This document shows positions 23,761-35,925 of a DNA stretch of 64,000 nucleotides, piece by piece (the stretch's first letter is position 1; each line of letters opens with the position of its first letter). Source of the DNA: Hemiscyllium ocellatum (lineage: Eukaryota). The DNA lies in contig NC_083407.1 in assembly GCF_020745735.1 (NCBI RefSeq), forward strand, positions 79,227,857-79,291,856, written 5' to 3'. Made by a program: the position numbers and the translations under genes. The notes beneath the pieces are model-generated. The model was not told where the DNA came from. It saw only the letters and a program-made list of their open reading frames with translations, and searched no databases.

Positions 23761-24961
23761 GATTTTAGTGCTCTTCGGATGCTGCCTGAACTGCGGTGCT
23801 CCTCCAGCATCACTAATCCGTAAAAACAATAAGTCTATTTGAATTGTGATCACCACCAAAATGCTATCCCCAATACCCTTCAAACTACCTAGCTTCATTT
23901 CGTAAAGTTAAATCCAGAATTGTTACCTCGCTTGTTGGGCTTGCCATGTTTAGCTAAAAGTCTTTAGTTCGATCATCTTAACCAAGTAGAAAGAAATGTG
24001 GAGACAAGTACTTCCTAATTTGACTTGAAAATGTAAAACAAAATTTTAAAAACACTAACTAGTTGAACGTAGACCTTTTATCCCCCAGAAATGTTGGAAC
24101 AATAGAAGCAACTGAAATGGATGGGTCAAGCACTCACAGAACCAGGATTTTCCCCCCTAGTTTTATCATCCAGGAGTGGTTGATCTTGAAGCTCTAATTC
24201 CTCTGTTACAGCTAAATATTTGGGGTTCTCTTCCAGCTATTAAAATTGCATGCAAGAGAATTGCATATTTTACTGAATTTAACTTTGCTAAGGGTGTGTT
24301 TATGGCATATTACTATACTGGAAACGTTAATTATAGTAATTAATATTATTTTGTCAAACATTTCAATAGTTACAGTTAAGCCAATTATTTTAAATTTTCT
24401 GCATTTTAATTAGTGTGAGAATAAAGTGTGGTTTGTGTTAAGCCTGGTAGTTTTACCAATCAAACTACACCCAGAACACAATGCCGTTAAAATAACAAAA
24501 ACACTAGGGTCTAGACTGTCGTCTTAATATATTTTGTGGGGATTTGGTTTGGTCCATAACACTTCCAACAAGCATTATTCCAAAATAATAAATGCATTTA
24601 TTCCTGTCCATGGCTATATTAATTAATTATTTCAAATAAATAATCAAAATTTGATTCAGAACAACTTCAAAAATAAAATGGCACAAGTTATTTATCTCCA
24701 ACTACAAATAATCATCCTCATCTTATAACAATCACATTTGGCTGTAGTTACTGAATTTAATTGCGTAGGTTTTCCCCATTTGCGCATCAAGTGTTAAGAA
24801 GGTGTTTCGCTTATTATTTTACCTCATGTCTAAAGGATTGTGAATCCTTTCCAACCAAACCTTGAAGGAAAACTTTGAATTTGATTCTTGGACATTAGCA
24901 ATAATTTCTATGAAATGATCTTTATAACAAGTGCCATGGACATAAGTGGTCAGTTACTCAC

Positions 24962-25135
24962 CAAGTTGTGAATTACGTTTGTTAAAGTCCACACAACAGG
25001 AACAGTGAAGAATGGAATGCTCAAGAGCACGATATGAAGCATTCCAACACCAAGTGCATATGTCAGCCATATTCCACGGCTGTTCATTACTCTTGTGTTA
25101 GGATTCACTTCACTGTGTGCAACACCAACATTCAT
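24962..25135 (-). CDS. ORMDL1: ORMDL1 first coding exon (exon spans 25143-24962)
   Basis: cttgcAG|gtataaagATG, then [58 protein letters not shown]|GTGAGT. 174+152+136 = 462 nt = 153 aa + stop. Paralog assigned from 'WLTYALGVG' and adjacency to PMS1. Confidence 0.95.
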
Positions 25136-27631
25136 CTTTATACCTGCAAGCATTTAAAAAAAAAAGAATTCCTTGAAATAAAGTATTTATATTTATTTGA
25201 ATCAGACAAAGGACTTAATAGCTGAAAGCCTCAATTTGTTAAGATACTTAAAAGGACTAATGCTGTATAGGATCCAATTGGTAGGAGTTCCCTCAATTTT
25301 TAAACCACTCTTTCTTCCTATCCATTCTCATTTTTGTAATTCATTCCAAAAAGGTGCAGGTTAGATGAACTGACAATGCTAAATTGCCCATAATGTTCTG
25401 GGGTGTGTCGGTTAGGTGCACTACAGGTCTGAGTCCACAAGGGATTCCCTGAGCTGCCTCAAATCTGTATTTTAACAGTTAGGTGCACTAGTCGGGAATA
25501 AACATAGAGCAGTAGGGTAATGGGTCTGGGTGGGATACTCTTTAGAGGGTCGGTATGGACTTGTTGGGCCAAAGGGCCTATTTCCACACTGTAGGAATTC
25601 TAAATCATTGGATGATGTCATTAACAAGGTCAATATCCACTATCCATTCTCAATTTCCCTTGAAAATGAAAAGCTTGCTAGGAGATATCAGAAGGGAGTC
25701 GAGAATCAATGACGTAACGTGTAGGCCAGATCAGGTAAAGATAGCAAATTTTCTTCCTCAAAAAGGACATTAATGAATCAGATGGGTTTTTTTTAAAACA
25801 ATTGGCAATTTCATGATCACCTTTATTGAGACCAGCTTTCAGTTCCACATTTTATTAATTATTGTAAATTTCAATGTCAGCTGCCATGATGAGTCCAAGC
25901 ACCCATGAGCTTAGGTCTGTGGTTTATTAGTTCATTCCATTACCACTGCATTATAACTGGCAACATTGTTACCCCCAAAGTTTATGAATGCACACAGAAT
26001 ATTTGTGGCATAGAAATAAAAATCCCAGGACTTTTCACTAATGATGTTTTAATATAACTGTGAAATACTATGTCCAATGCTGCAAGGCATACTGATATCT
26101 TGATGTAAATTGTGCATGCTATGTATTTTATAGGAAGCCATAATTTACCTGATATTGCATGTTATTGATCCGGTGAAATGCAAAATTTGAGAACTGATGT
26201 GATGAGGAAAAGCAAACCGTACAGCAAAAGGTGATTTGAGCCACTCTTTCGTCTTGGATCCTTGTGAGAACAACTCAAAGCCAATCCTACTGCCCTGTTT
26301 TGTCTCCAACATAATTTTTGTTTTGCCGCCAATGTTTGTCTTGTTTTTTTCTATGAAAGAAAGCAATGTTCTCCATGCTATGACAAAGAATTCCACATTC
26401 CAAAGACTTATTGCATAAAAGGTACTTCTTATAACCTCTATCACCACTTTGGTTTTAATTTTAAATTAATAACCTGATCTGACACTGCAACCAGAGCACC
26501 TTGATATTTTTACTGTACATACTCTAAGGCTTAAAATCTATTTTCTATAACCACTCAGAGCAATCTAACTTGTTCAAACAATGTTCAAATTTACTTTCAT
26601 CCATGTATATTCCTACCTATAAAACCCAATGTGCCAGCCAAATGTTTGGTTTAATCTCCCTGAAACTGAAAGTCGTTATGCACATGGAACACCCACATCC
26701 CAATGTTCATCTGCATTCATCAGCCTCACTACACTGAATGTATGCTGCCACTTTGCTTTCTTCAAAATGTATAACCACCACACTTAAAATTGATTCTACC
26801 AGATGAACTTAAGTACATCTTCCTGAGGCTTTTACGTTCATTGTTCCCCACCCACCAACCAAGATAGAATAGAGATACAACAGCATTAGAGGCAGTTGAG
26901 AGAAGGTTCACTAGGCTGATAGCAGATATAGAGGGACTGTCTTATGATGAGAGGTTGAGTAGACAGAAGAATGAGTGGTGATCTTATTGAAACATACAAG
27001 ATTTTTAGAGGATGCAAAAAAGGTTGTTTACCCTTGTTAAAGAGTCTAGGACCAGAGGGCATTATCTTAGAATAAGAGGTAGCACATTTAAAACACAGAT
27101 AAGGAGGAATTTCTTGTCTGAGGGTAGAGAATCTGTAGATTTCTTTATCGCAACTGGCTGCTGAAGCTGGGTCATTAAGTATATTCAAAACTGAGATAGA
27201 CAGATTTTTAATCAGTCATAGGGAAAAGAAAAGTGGAGTTGAGGTTGGTCAGATCAGCTGTAATCCCATTGAATGGTGGGATGGACTTGACAGATCAAAT
27301 ATCACACTTCTGCTTCTGTGTTTTATGATCTAATCTTCTTCCCATTACACCATAATGTTCAATTCTACCATGACTTAAAAGACAATGTAAGGAAGAAAAG
27401 CAAGTTGTTAGACATGATTGATATGACCCAACCCCATATACTGGTCTTGGTCCTGTATACATTTTTTTTTTGTTTGCCATTGGTATAAAAGAACATTTGA
27501 CAGTATCAATTGCTCTTTGAAGATGAGTTCCAAACTTCTATCACCCTCTGTATAAAGAAACATTTTGTAAGCTGCTCCTGAAATGGTTTAGCCACCTCTC
27601 CCTCTCTCTCGATCATACCCTCTAATCACTT

Positions 27632-27948
27632 CATAGAATAGAATCCCTATAGTATGGAAACAGGCCCATGGCCTGACAAGTCAACACCAACCCTCTGAAG
27701 AGTATCCCACCCAAACTCATTCCTCTACATTTACCCCTAATCTACACATCCCTGAACACTGAGCAATTTAGCATGGCCAATTCACCGAACCTACACATCT
27801 TTGTATTGTGGGAGGAAAACCAGAGCACTCGGAGAGAACCCATGCAGACACGGGGAGAATGTGCAAATTCCACAGTCACCAGAGGCTGGAATCGAACACG
27901 AGTCTCTGGCGCTGTGAGACTGCAGCGCTAACCACTGAGCCACCGTGC
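27632..27948 (-). mobile_element. tRNA-derived SINE (HE1/V-SINE-like)
   Basis: Reverse complement starts ggcacggtggctcagtggttagc (A box), has B-box-like gtgttcgattcca, and the same central domain and CR1 tail as 15762-16058. Confidence 0.85.
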
Positions 27949-29239
27949 CATTCTATTCTATGAGTCCCCAACTACAGACTTTCTGTCGAAAGTTGAGATC
28001 CTCACAGGATCTTATTAGTCACATCCTTTTGATAAGAAAAGCTGTCCATTATCTCTACGCTGTATCTTTCCACACTTGTAATGATTTTAGGTGTAAGGAA
28101 ATTTAATTATGTGAATAAATTGGAACAGCTGGCATTTGTTTCCTTGGGGAGGAGGAAACAAGGAGAGTTGAGAAAACTGTTCAAAATCATGAGGGGCCAA
28201 GGACTAGAGAACAGATCAAAGGAGATTAATTGAGAAAAGAACCAAAACTGAAATGAGGAAACTGTTTGTTTCACAAAAAATTATGATAATCTAGCAGTAA
28301 GAAGATGATATCACATTAAATTAAAACTTTCAATAGGAGTTAGAGGAAAATAAGATGCAGGGCTATAAAGAAGGGTTGGACAGTGGTGCTACTTGAATTG
28401 CTCTTGCAGAAACACCGCACAGACTTGACAGGTTAAATCGCCCCAGTCTTTGCTGTAATTTTTCTGATTTCCCATCATCATTCAGTTAATTTGATGGAAA
28501 GGTTACTAAATGGGTTAGATTGGGACTGAACTTTACCCTTTCCCAGGCTAGCATCATCTTACTAGCCTTTCTTCAATTTTACATTGAATCTAACTACTTT
28601 CAGTTATCTTACCAGCATCAACTTTCGCTGCTTGATTCTGGGAAGTAAATTTCTCACTTTGTCAGATGAGGGTAATGACCTGAAATGAAAACTGTACTCC
28701 TAACTTAAAACTTCAATACCACCAGCAAACCCCTGACCTTACTTCAGCTGTCAACATATCCTTTCAGTCCTCTATTAATCACCTGAATTATCTTTACCCT
28801 GTTTTAAATTGAGATTTCACCTGATGTCATTGCCCTGTTACTCTGGTATATATCAAAGTTTATTGTTAATGATAGCCTTGGGTCGGTGATTGAAAACTCA
28901 TTTCCCAATCAGAATGTTATGGGTTGAAGTCCACCATCTGAGACTTTAGTACATAAAGTAGTTTGATATCTCAGTGAGGTAATGTGTTCCACTGTGAAAA
29001 ACTATTTTAGCTGACACTGAACTTTGAGCCCAATTCGTGGCACTACTCAAAGACCGAGTCCCTTCAGTGCCCTGGCTAGGATTTATCCCTCAATCAATCA
29101 ACACAACAAAACGTATCATCTTGTCATTGCTATGCACAGATTCGCTGCTCAAATATTCTACATCGCAACAGTGGATGCTTAGTGTATCTAACTCTGAGCC
29201 AGGAGACCTAGAATCAAGTCCCACCTGCTTCAGAGGTCA

Positions 29240-30722
29240 CAGTCATAGCTCTACAGCAGAGAAACATATCCTTCAGTACAACCTGTCCACACTGACCAAA
29301 TATCTTAAATTAATCTAGTTCCATTTGCCTCATATCCCTCTAAACCTTTCCTATTCATGTATCCATCCAGATGCCTTTTAAATGTTGTAATTTTACCATC
29401 CTCCACCACTTCCTCTGACAGGTCATTCCATATACACACTACCCTGTCCATGAAAAAGTTGTTCCTTGGGTCCCCTTTAAATCTTTCCCCTCTCACCTTA
29501 AACCTATGCCCTCCTGTTCTGAACTCCCCTACCCTGGGAAAAATACCTTGGCTATTTAACCTATCTTAAATGATTTTATAATCCTCTAAGGCCACCCCTC
29601 AGCCTTGGACAATCCTGGGAAAATTGCCTCAGCCTATTCAGCCTGTCCTTATAGCTCAAGCCCTCCAACCCAGGAACATCCTCGTGAATCCTTTCTGAAC
29701 CCTTCAAATTTTTGAACATCTTTCCCTAGCAGGGAGGTCAGAATTGAACTCAGCATGCCAAAAGTGGCTTAACCAATGTCCTGTATAACCACAGCATGAT
29801 ATCTCAACTCCTACACTCAAATGCGCTGAACAATAAAGGCAAGCTTACCAAATGCCTTCTTCACTACCCTGTCTACCTGCGATTCCACCTTCAAGGATGT
29901 AGTTGTTTTTAAGGATCTACCATTAAGTATATACATCCTGCCCTGATTTGCCTTACCAAAATGCAACAGCTCACATTTGTCAGCCTATCGCCCCAGTGTA
30001 CTCAATTTTTACTGTCCAGTACACCACCAATTTTGGTGTTATCTGCAAACTTACTAACCATTGCTCTCACATTCACAGCCAAATCATTTTGCATGAATGA
30101 CAAAAAGCACTGGACCAGCAATGATCCTTGCAACACATTGCTGGTCACAGGCCTCCAGTCCAAAACCACCCTCAAATGTGGAGGTGCTGGTGTTGGGTTG
30201 GGGTGTCATATGACACTAGGTTTATTTGAAATCACAAGCTTTACGAGTGTAGTCCCTTTGTCAGGTGAAATGCAATGAAAGCACACAGAACACAAAATGT
30301 ATGGGCAGAGATATCAAAAGATCACACAATTGGTGTGAGTAGAGTGTCAAATAATACTTCTCTGCAGGTGACCAAAGAGTGTTAGACTCTTAAAGTGCCA
30401 GTAGCTGAACAACAACCAAAGAGAAAACCTATAATCTAGTTAAATGATACAGAGAGATAATTATCTGCCCTTAATCTCTCTGCCCATAAATTGTGTTGTG
30501 CGCTTCCTTCTCACTTCACTTGACAAAATGGCAATGCTTCAAAAGCTTGTAATTTCAAATAAATCTGTCAGACTACAACCTGGTGTCATGTGACTCCTGA
30601 TTGTCCACCTTTCAAGCTAAATTTGTATCCAAATAGCTAGCTTACCCTGGATTCCATGCTATGTAACCTTGCTAACCAGTCTACTCTGTAAAATGCCTTG
30701 AAATCCATATAGACAAAATCTA
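29240..30722 (-). mobile_element. CR1 LINE fragment interrupted at ~30176-30605
   Basis: Minus-strand 'WNDLSEEVV...FKRHLDGYM' and 'SKFADNTKIGG' traces. Confidence 0.8.
30176..30605. mobile_element. Older palindromic pLTR-like element related to the 5.8-6.6 kb family
   Basis: Starts atgtggaggtgctggtgttgg (compare 5985 and the reverse of 6600-6625). Inverted arms carry decayed hammerhead boxes at ~30233-30268 (-) and ~30517-30550 (+). Confidence 0.6.
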
Positions 30723-31918
30723 CCAAGATTGGGTTGGGTTATCTGGTCGGCATGGATGGGTTGGACCAAAGGATCTGTTTCCATGCTGTACATCTCTATG
30801 ACTCTATGGCTTCATCAGCATCAGTCAGAAGGGGAATGGAACTGGGTGTGTTACTCTTCGGAGGGTCGGTGTAGACTGGTTGGGCCAAATGGCCTGTTTC
30901 CACACTGTAGGGAATCTAATTAATCTAATCTTCTTTGTCACTGATAACATCTCTGAACAGGTTGATATAGAAAATATCTACAACAGTTGATGGATTTTCA
31001 AAGTATCTCTGTGTAGACAGCACTTCAGGTTAGTTGAGAAATGCACAACAAATGTGATTTCATTTCTTTCCTCTCCCTCTCATTTTCAATGCTTGGTAGA
31101 ATATCTTAACACAGAGAACATTATCTAATAGTTCTTTAATAACGCAGCTGCACACTTTTTTCCTCAAATGGTTTGGATGAGGCGTTTTAACTTTCAAGTC
31201 TAAACGTACACAGTTCAGTTATAACTGCTATTACACTACAGTTATTAATGCCTTCACATTTATTGTTTAGTGTTGTATTATTGCAGAAATACTGCTTAAT
31301 CCAGACTCTAAAGATATCATTGCGTCTTGTAAAAGTAAAATCTGCACTCCTTACCAAAAACTTAAACTGGTTTCATGTTCCATACTCCGGTTAAAGATTT
31401 TAAAATCTTAAAAAGGTACCGAACTACGTAGATTCACAAATATCCAAAGCAAAAAGAGCTGGCAATTCTTAAAAAAAATAAATTTTAAAAGGCCATCCAA
31501 CAGCCACACGTCCCCAAAATCTAGAACAAAAAAGGCAAGTTGTATTGTTTGTGTCTACACTTTTACTGTTTAAGCGAAAGGAAACTCCCATCAATCTGAA
31601 ATACGATCACAGTCTACGGCTGATCTGACATCTTGCCAACTGTACTGTACTTCCGATATCATTGTCAGGAGGGAAATAAAATAAATACTTATGTCTACCT
31701 CAATACAGAATTTTGTCATCATTGGCTATGCAATTAGATTATGACATTCATTACCTAATATACGAAGCTGACGATCAAACTAACCCAACAACGCCGACTT
31801 TAAAGCCGCCAAAACCTTATGCAACCTGCAATCAGACCAGCGACTTATGTTGAAAGGGGAAAGCAGCCATAAACAAAAGGCCACGAAGAACAACGGGGAA
31901 ACAAAAAAGGGGACTCAC

Positions 31919-32070
31919 AGAGCCCAGAAATCACCGGGAGAAGACAGGCAGGAGTGAGGGCGATGCAGGCAGCTCAATTTTGGGTGATCACTACCGCAGC
32001 GATGTCCACAACTCAAAGTCATACACCCCACGGCCTCGGACCCAGCTTCCAGGGAGATAGATGGAAACAG
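31919..32070 (-). other. ORMDL1: Probable ORMDL1 non-coding exon 1 (5' end uncertain)
   Basis: Minus-strand donor CT|GTGAGT (GT at 31918-31917) at the edge of the CpG island. Confidence 0.6.
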
Positions 32071-32250
32071 AAGCGCCAACGGAAGTTATGCAACGTCACC
32101 TGAGTGACAGACACGACCGCCGGGGACATCCAACCAGCGACTGACCTGCGCGAGCTGGGGGGCGGGGCTTCCTCCAACGGTGGAGGCGCGCGACGAGCGG
32201 ATGGCAGCAGTAGGTTTTCGGAGTGGACATACCAGGTAACCACGAGTAAG
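31990..32250. promoter_or_regulatory. Bidirectional CpG-island promoter of ORMDL1 / PMS1
   Basis: Densest CpG cluster in the window. ETS/GABP CGGAAGT 32080-32086, CRE half-site ACGTCA 32093-32098, GC box GGGGCGGGG 32159-32167, no TATA, divergent splice donors on each side. The head-to-head layout matches human ORMDL1-PMS1. Confidence 0.8.
32170..32235 (+). other. PMS1: Probable PMS1 non-coding exon 1 (5' end uncertain)
   Basis: Donor CAG|GTAACC (GT 32236), with an alternative GA|GTAAGA (GT 32246). Confidence 0.55.
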
Positions 32251-32432
32251 AACGGAGTGAATGCACCATGTAACGAGTGTAAACCCGCAATGTGCCCAGC
32301 AGTGACTGTGCGCCCTGTGGGCACCTGGAATATATCCTAAGTTATGTCAAGCTGTTATTTGCAGTCAACCTGGAGTATGTCTGCTTGGGACTGGGAGTGA
32401 GCTTGTGTATCCATCTAGGTCTGGGAGTGGAT
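32245..32432. repeat. Degenerate 33-bp tandem array, first segment
   Basis: Units such as ttgcagtcaacctggagtatgtctgcttggga. 32350-32375 matches 36392-36417 at 24/26. Confidence 0.6.
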
Positions 32433-35400
32433 CATAGAGTCACACAGCACGGCCTCTTCTTGATGAAGGGCTTTTGCCCGAAACGTCGATTTTCCTGCTC
32501 CTCGGATGCTGCCTGACCTGCTGTGCTTTTCCAGCGCCACTCTAATCTAGACTCTCGTTTCCAGCATCTGCAGTCCTCGTTTTTACCTACGGTCCAACCG
32601 GTCCAAGTCGACCATAATCTCAAACTAAACTAGCCTGCACCTGGCCCACATCCCTTCAAACCTTTTCTATTCATGTACTTAATCAAATGTCTTTTCAATG
32701 TTGTAATTGTACCCACATCCACCAGTCCTCAGGAAATTCATTTCACATGCGAACCACCCTCTGGTGTAAAAGATTTGTCCCCATGTCTTTTTAATAAATC
32801 GTTCTCCTCTCACCCAAAAGCTGTGCCCCTGAGTCTTGAAATCCCCTATCTTGCATTGATTCTGTCTATACCCCTCATTATTTTATAAACTTCTATCAAG
32901 TCTCTTCTCAACATCCTATGCTCCAGTGAAAAAAAACCCAGCTTATCCAGCCTTTCTTTATAAGTCAAACTTTCCATACTCAGCAATATCCTGTTAAATC
33001 TCTTCTGAACCCTCCCCAGCTTAATAATATCCTTCCTTTCATTGGGTGACTAGAACTGGACACAGTATTCCAGAAGAGGCCTCACTGTTATCTAGTACAG
33101 CCTCAACATGACTTCCCAACTCCTATCCTCAAAGGTCTGAACAATGAAGGCAAGTGTGCCAAATGTCTTTTTAACCACCCTGTCTACACGTGATGCAAAC
33201 TTCAAAGAATTATGTACCTGAACGTCTAAGTCCCTCTGTTCTACAACATTACCCAAGGTCCTACCATTAATTGTATAAGCCTTACCCTTGTTTGTTCTAC
33301 CAAAAATGCAAAACCCCACCTTTATACAGATTGATTTGCATATGCCATGTTTCAACACATTCATGTATTTAGAGATAGAGGCCTACAGCACAGAGGCAGG
33401 CTATTTGGCTCAAACTGGTCCATGCTGACCAAAATGACTATCAACGCTAACCCTATTTCCCTGCACTTGGCCCATATCCTTCTAAACCTTTCCAATCCAT
33501 GTATTTATCCAAATGCTTTTGAAAGATTGTTAATGTACCCGCCTCAACCACTTCTGCTGGCAGCTCGTTTCATATACATACCACCCTCTGTTTAAAAATG
33601 TTGCCCCTTGGATTCCCTTTTATTCTTTCCCCTGTAACTTTAAACTGATGCCCTCTAAAATTCGATTCCCCAACCATGGGAAAAACACTGAGTACATTCA
33701 TCCTATCCATGTCTCTGATGTTATACATTTCTATAACATCCCCCACCTCAGTCTCCTAAACTCTAAAGAAAAATGTTCTAGCTTGTCCGACCTCTCCCTA
33801 TAACTTAGACACTTGAGTCCAGGCAACATCCTTGTAAATTTCTTGATAACATCCTTCCTGTAGCAAGGTGACAAAAACTGAACACAATACTCCAACTGCA
33901 GTCTCACCAACGTCCTGTACAACTGCCCATAATTTCTCAACTTCTATATTCAGTGCCCTGACTGATGAAGGCCAGTGTGCAAAAACCCTTCTTCACTGCC
34001 CTGCCTACCTGTAACTCCACTTTCAGAGAACTATGCACCTGAACTCCAAGGTCCTTCTGTTCCACTACACTCCTTAGGGCTCTACCATTCACCATGAAAC
34101 TCCTACTTGATTTGAATTTCCAAAATTCAAGATCTCACACTTGTCTATATTAAACACCATTTGCCACTTTTGGGTCTACTGCAGGGTCCTGCTGCAAATT
34201 CTGATAACCTTCAGCGCTGACCACAGTACCTCCTATGTTATTTTCATCTGCAGAGTTAGTAATCATGCCTTGAACCATCTTATCCAAATCATTGATCTAG
34301 ATAGCAAACAGCAATAGGCCCAGCACCAACCTGTGAGGCACTCCACTAATCACAGTTCTCCAGTCCAACAAGCATCCTTCCTTATTACCCTCTGCTTCTT
34401 ACCATCAAGCATATTGTGTATACAACTTGTTGCTTCCCCCTGAATTCCGTGTGATCTAACCTTCCAGGACATCCTACCATGTTGTGAGACTTGAAAGGGT
34501 TCAGAAAAAATTTACAAGGATGTTGCCAGGGTTGGAGAATTTGAGCTACAGGGAGAGGCTGAACAGGCTAGGACTGTTTTCCCTGGATCATCGGAGGCTG
34601 AGGGGTGACCTAATGGAGGTTTACAAAATTATGAGGGGCATGGATAGGATAAATAGACAAAGTCTTTTCCCTGGGGTCGGGGAGTCCAGAAATAGAGGGC
34701 ATAGGTTTAGGGTGAGAGGGAAAGATATAAAAGAGACCTAAGGGGCAACTTTTTCACGCAGAGGGTGGTAAGTGTATGGAATGAGCTGCCAGAGGATGTG
34801 GTGGAGGCTGGTACAATTGCAACATTGAAGAGGCATTTGGATGATTACATGAATAGGAAGGGTTTGGAGGGATATGGGGTGGGTGCTGGCAGGTGGGACT
34901 AGATTAGATTGGGATATCTGGTCGGCATGGATAGGTTGGACCGAAGGGTCTGTTTCCATGCTGTACATCTCTATGACTCTATGTGGAACCTTATCAAAGG
35001 CTTTACTGAAATCCATATAAATTACGTCTACCGTCCTGCCCTCATCAACCTTCCTTGTCAAAGAACTCTAACAAATTTGTGAGGCATGATCTCCCACGCA
35101 CAAAGCCATGCTGACTATTCCTAATCAAACCCTGTCTTTCCAAATGCATATATTATCTTACCTCAGAATCTTCTGAAATAACTTACCTAGCACAGATGTT
35201 AGGCTTACTGTTCAATAGTTCCCAAGTTTTTCTTTGCAGCCTTTCTTGAACAAGAGCACAACAGGGATCGGTTCTGGGTCCTCTTTTGTTTGTCATTTTT
35301 ATAAATTATTCGGATGAGAATATAGAAGGCATGGTTACTAAGTTTGCGGAAGACACCAAAATTGGAGGCATAGAAAATCTTCTTTGCTGTCTATGAAGGG
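32433..35400. mobile_element. Nested cluster of CR1 fragments (mostly minus; young plus-strand copy at 34483-34980) with a pLTR/hammerhead insertion at ~32455-32590
   Basis: ORF fragments 'LYRTLVRLQLEYCVQF', 'LERVQKKFTRMLPGL', 'VDVIYMDFSKAFDKVPH'. The plus copy splits the sequence ctaccatgt|ggaacc, seen essentially intact at ~53311. Confidence 0.85.
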
Positions 35401-35419
35401 ATCTTGATCAAAGTGAAGA

Positions 35420-35925
35420 GGCAGTTGTTCCCGGGAATATCTCCGGGACACCCACACCAATCAACCCCACCGCCCCGTGGCCCAATATTTCAACTCCCCC
35501 TCCTACTCTGCGAGGACATGCTGGTCCTGGGACGCTTCCACCACTGCTCCCTCACCACCCGACGTCTGGTGGAAGGACGCCTCATCTTCCACCTCGGAAC
35601 ACTTCAACCCCAGGGCATCAATGTGGACTTCACCAGTTTCCTCATTTCCCCTCCCTCCATCTTACCTCAGTTCCAACCTTCCAGCTCAGCACTGTCCTCA
35701 TGACCTGTCCTACCTGTCAATCTCCCTTTCCACCTATCCACTCCACCCTCCTCTCTCTTCCCAGCCACCTCCCCCTGGAGGCTTCCTGCCTCTATTCCTG
35801 ACGAAGGGATTCTGCCCGAAACGCGGTTTTCCTGCTCCTCGGATGCTGCCTGACCTCCTGTGCTTTTCCAGCACCACTCTGTTCTAAATTCTGGTTTCCA
35901 GCATCTGCAGTCCTTACTTTTGCCT
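35420..35925 (+). mobile_element. Penelope-like 3' fragment with pLTR
   Basis: 'RLIFHLGTLQPQGINVDF' as in 23260-23565. Hammerhead remnant CUGACGA..GAAAC at 35798-35822 lacks the UH site. Confidence 0.85.

Larger units (their letters stand above)
21437..23820 (+). mobile_element. Penelope-like retroelement (5'-truncated, frameshifted RT + GIY-YIG endonuclease) with tandem pLTR pieces and TSD
   Basis: RT motifs 'FYLLPKIHK', 'MDIQSLYTSI', 'QTKGVAM.TRMGPSYACLFVG', 'RYIDD', 'LPFLD', 'YKPTDSHSYL'. GIY-YIG region 'FTCTSTNIIYCIRC..C' and 'RFREH', C-terminal 'GTLQP..IN'. TSD taaaaacaataag at 21424-21436 and 23821-23833. Confidence 0.9.

Noticed and set aside
32019-32340. ORFs across the CpG island
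   Set aside because: GC-rich, stop-poor promoter sequence with no recognisable protein.
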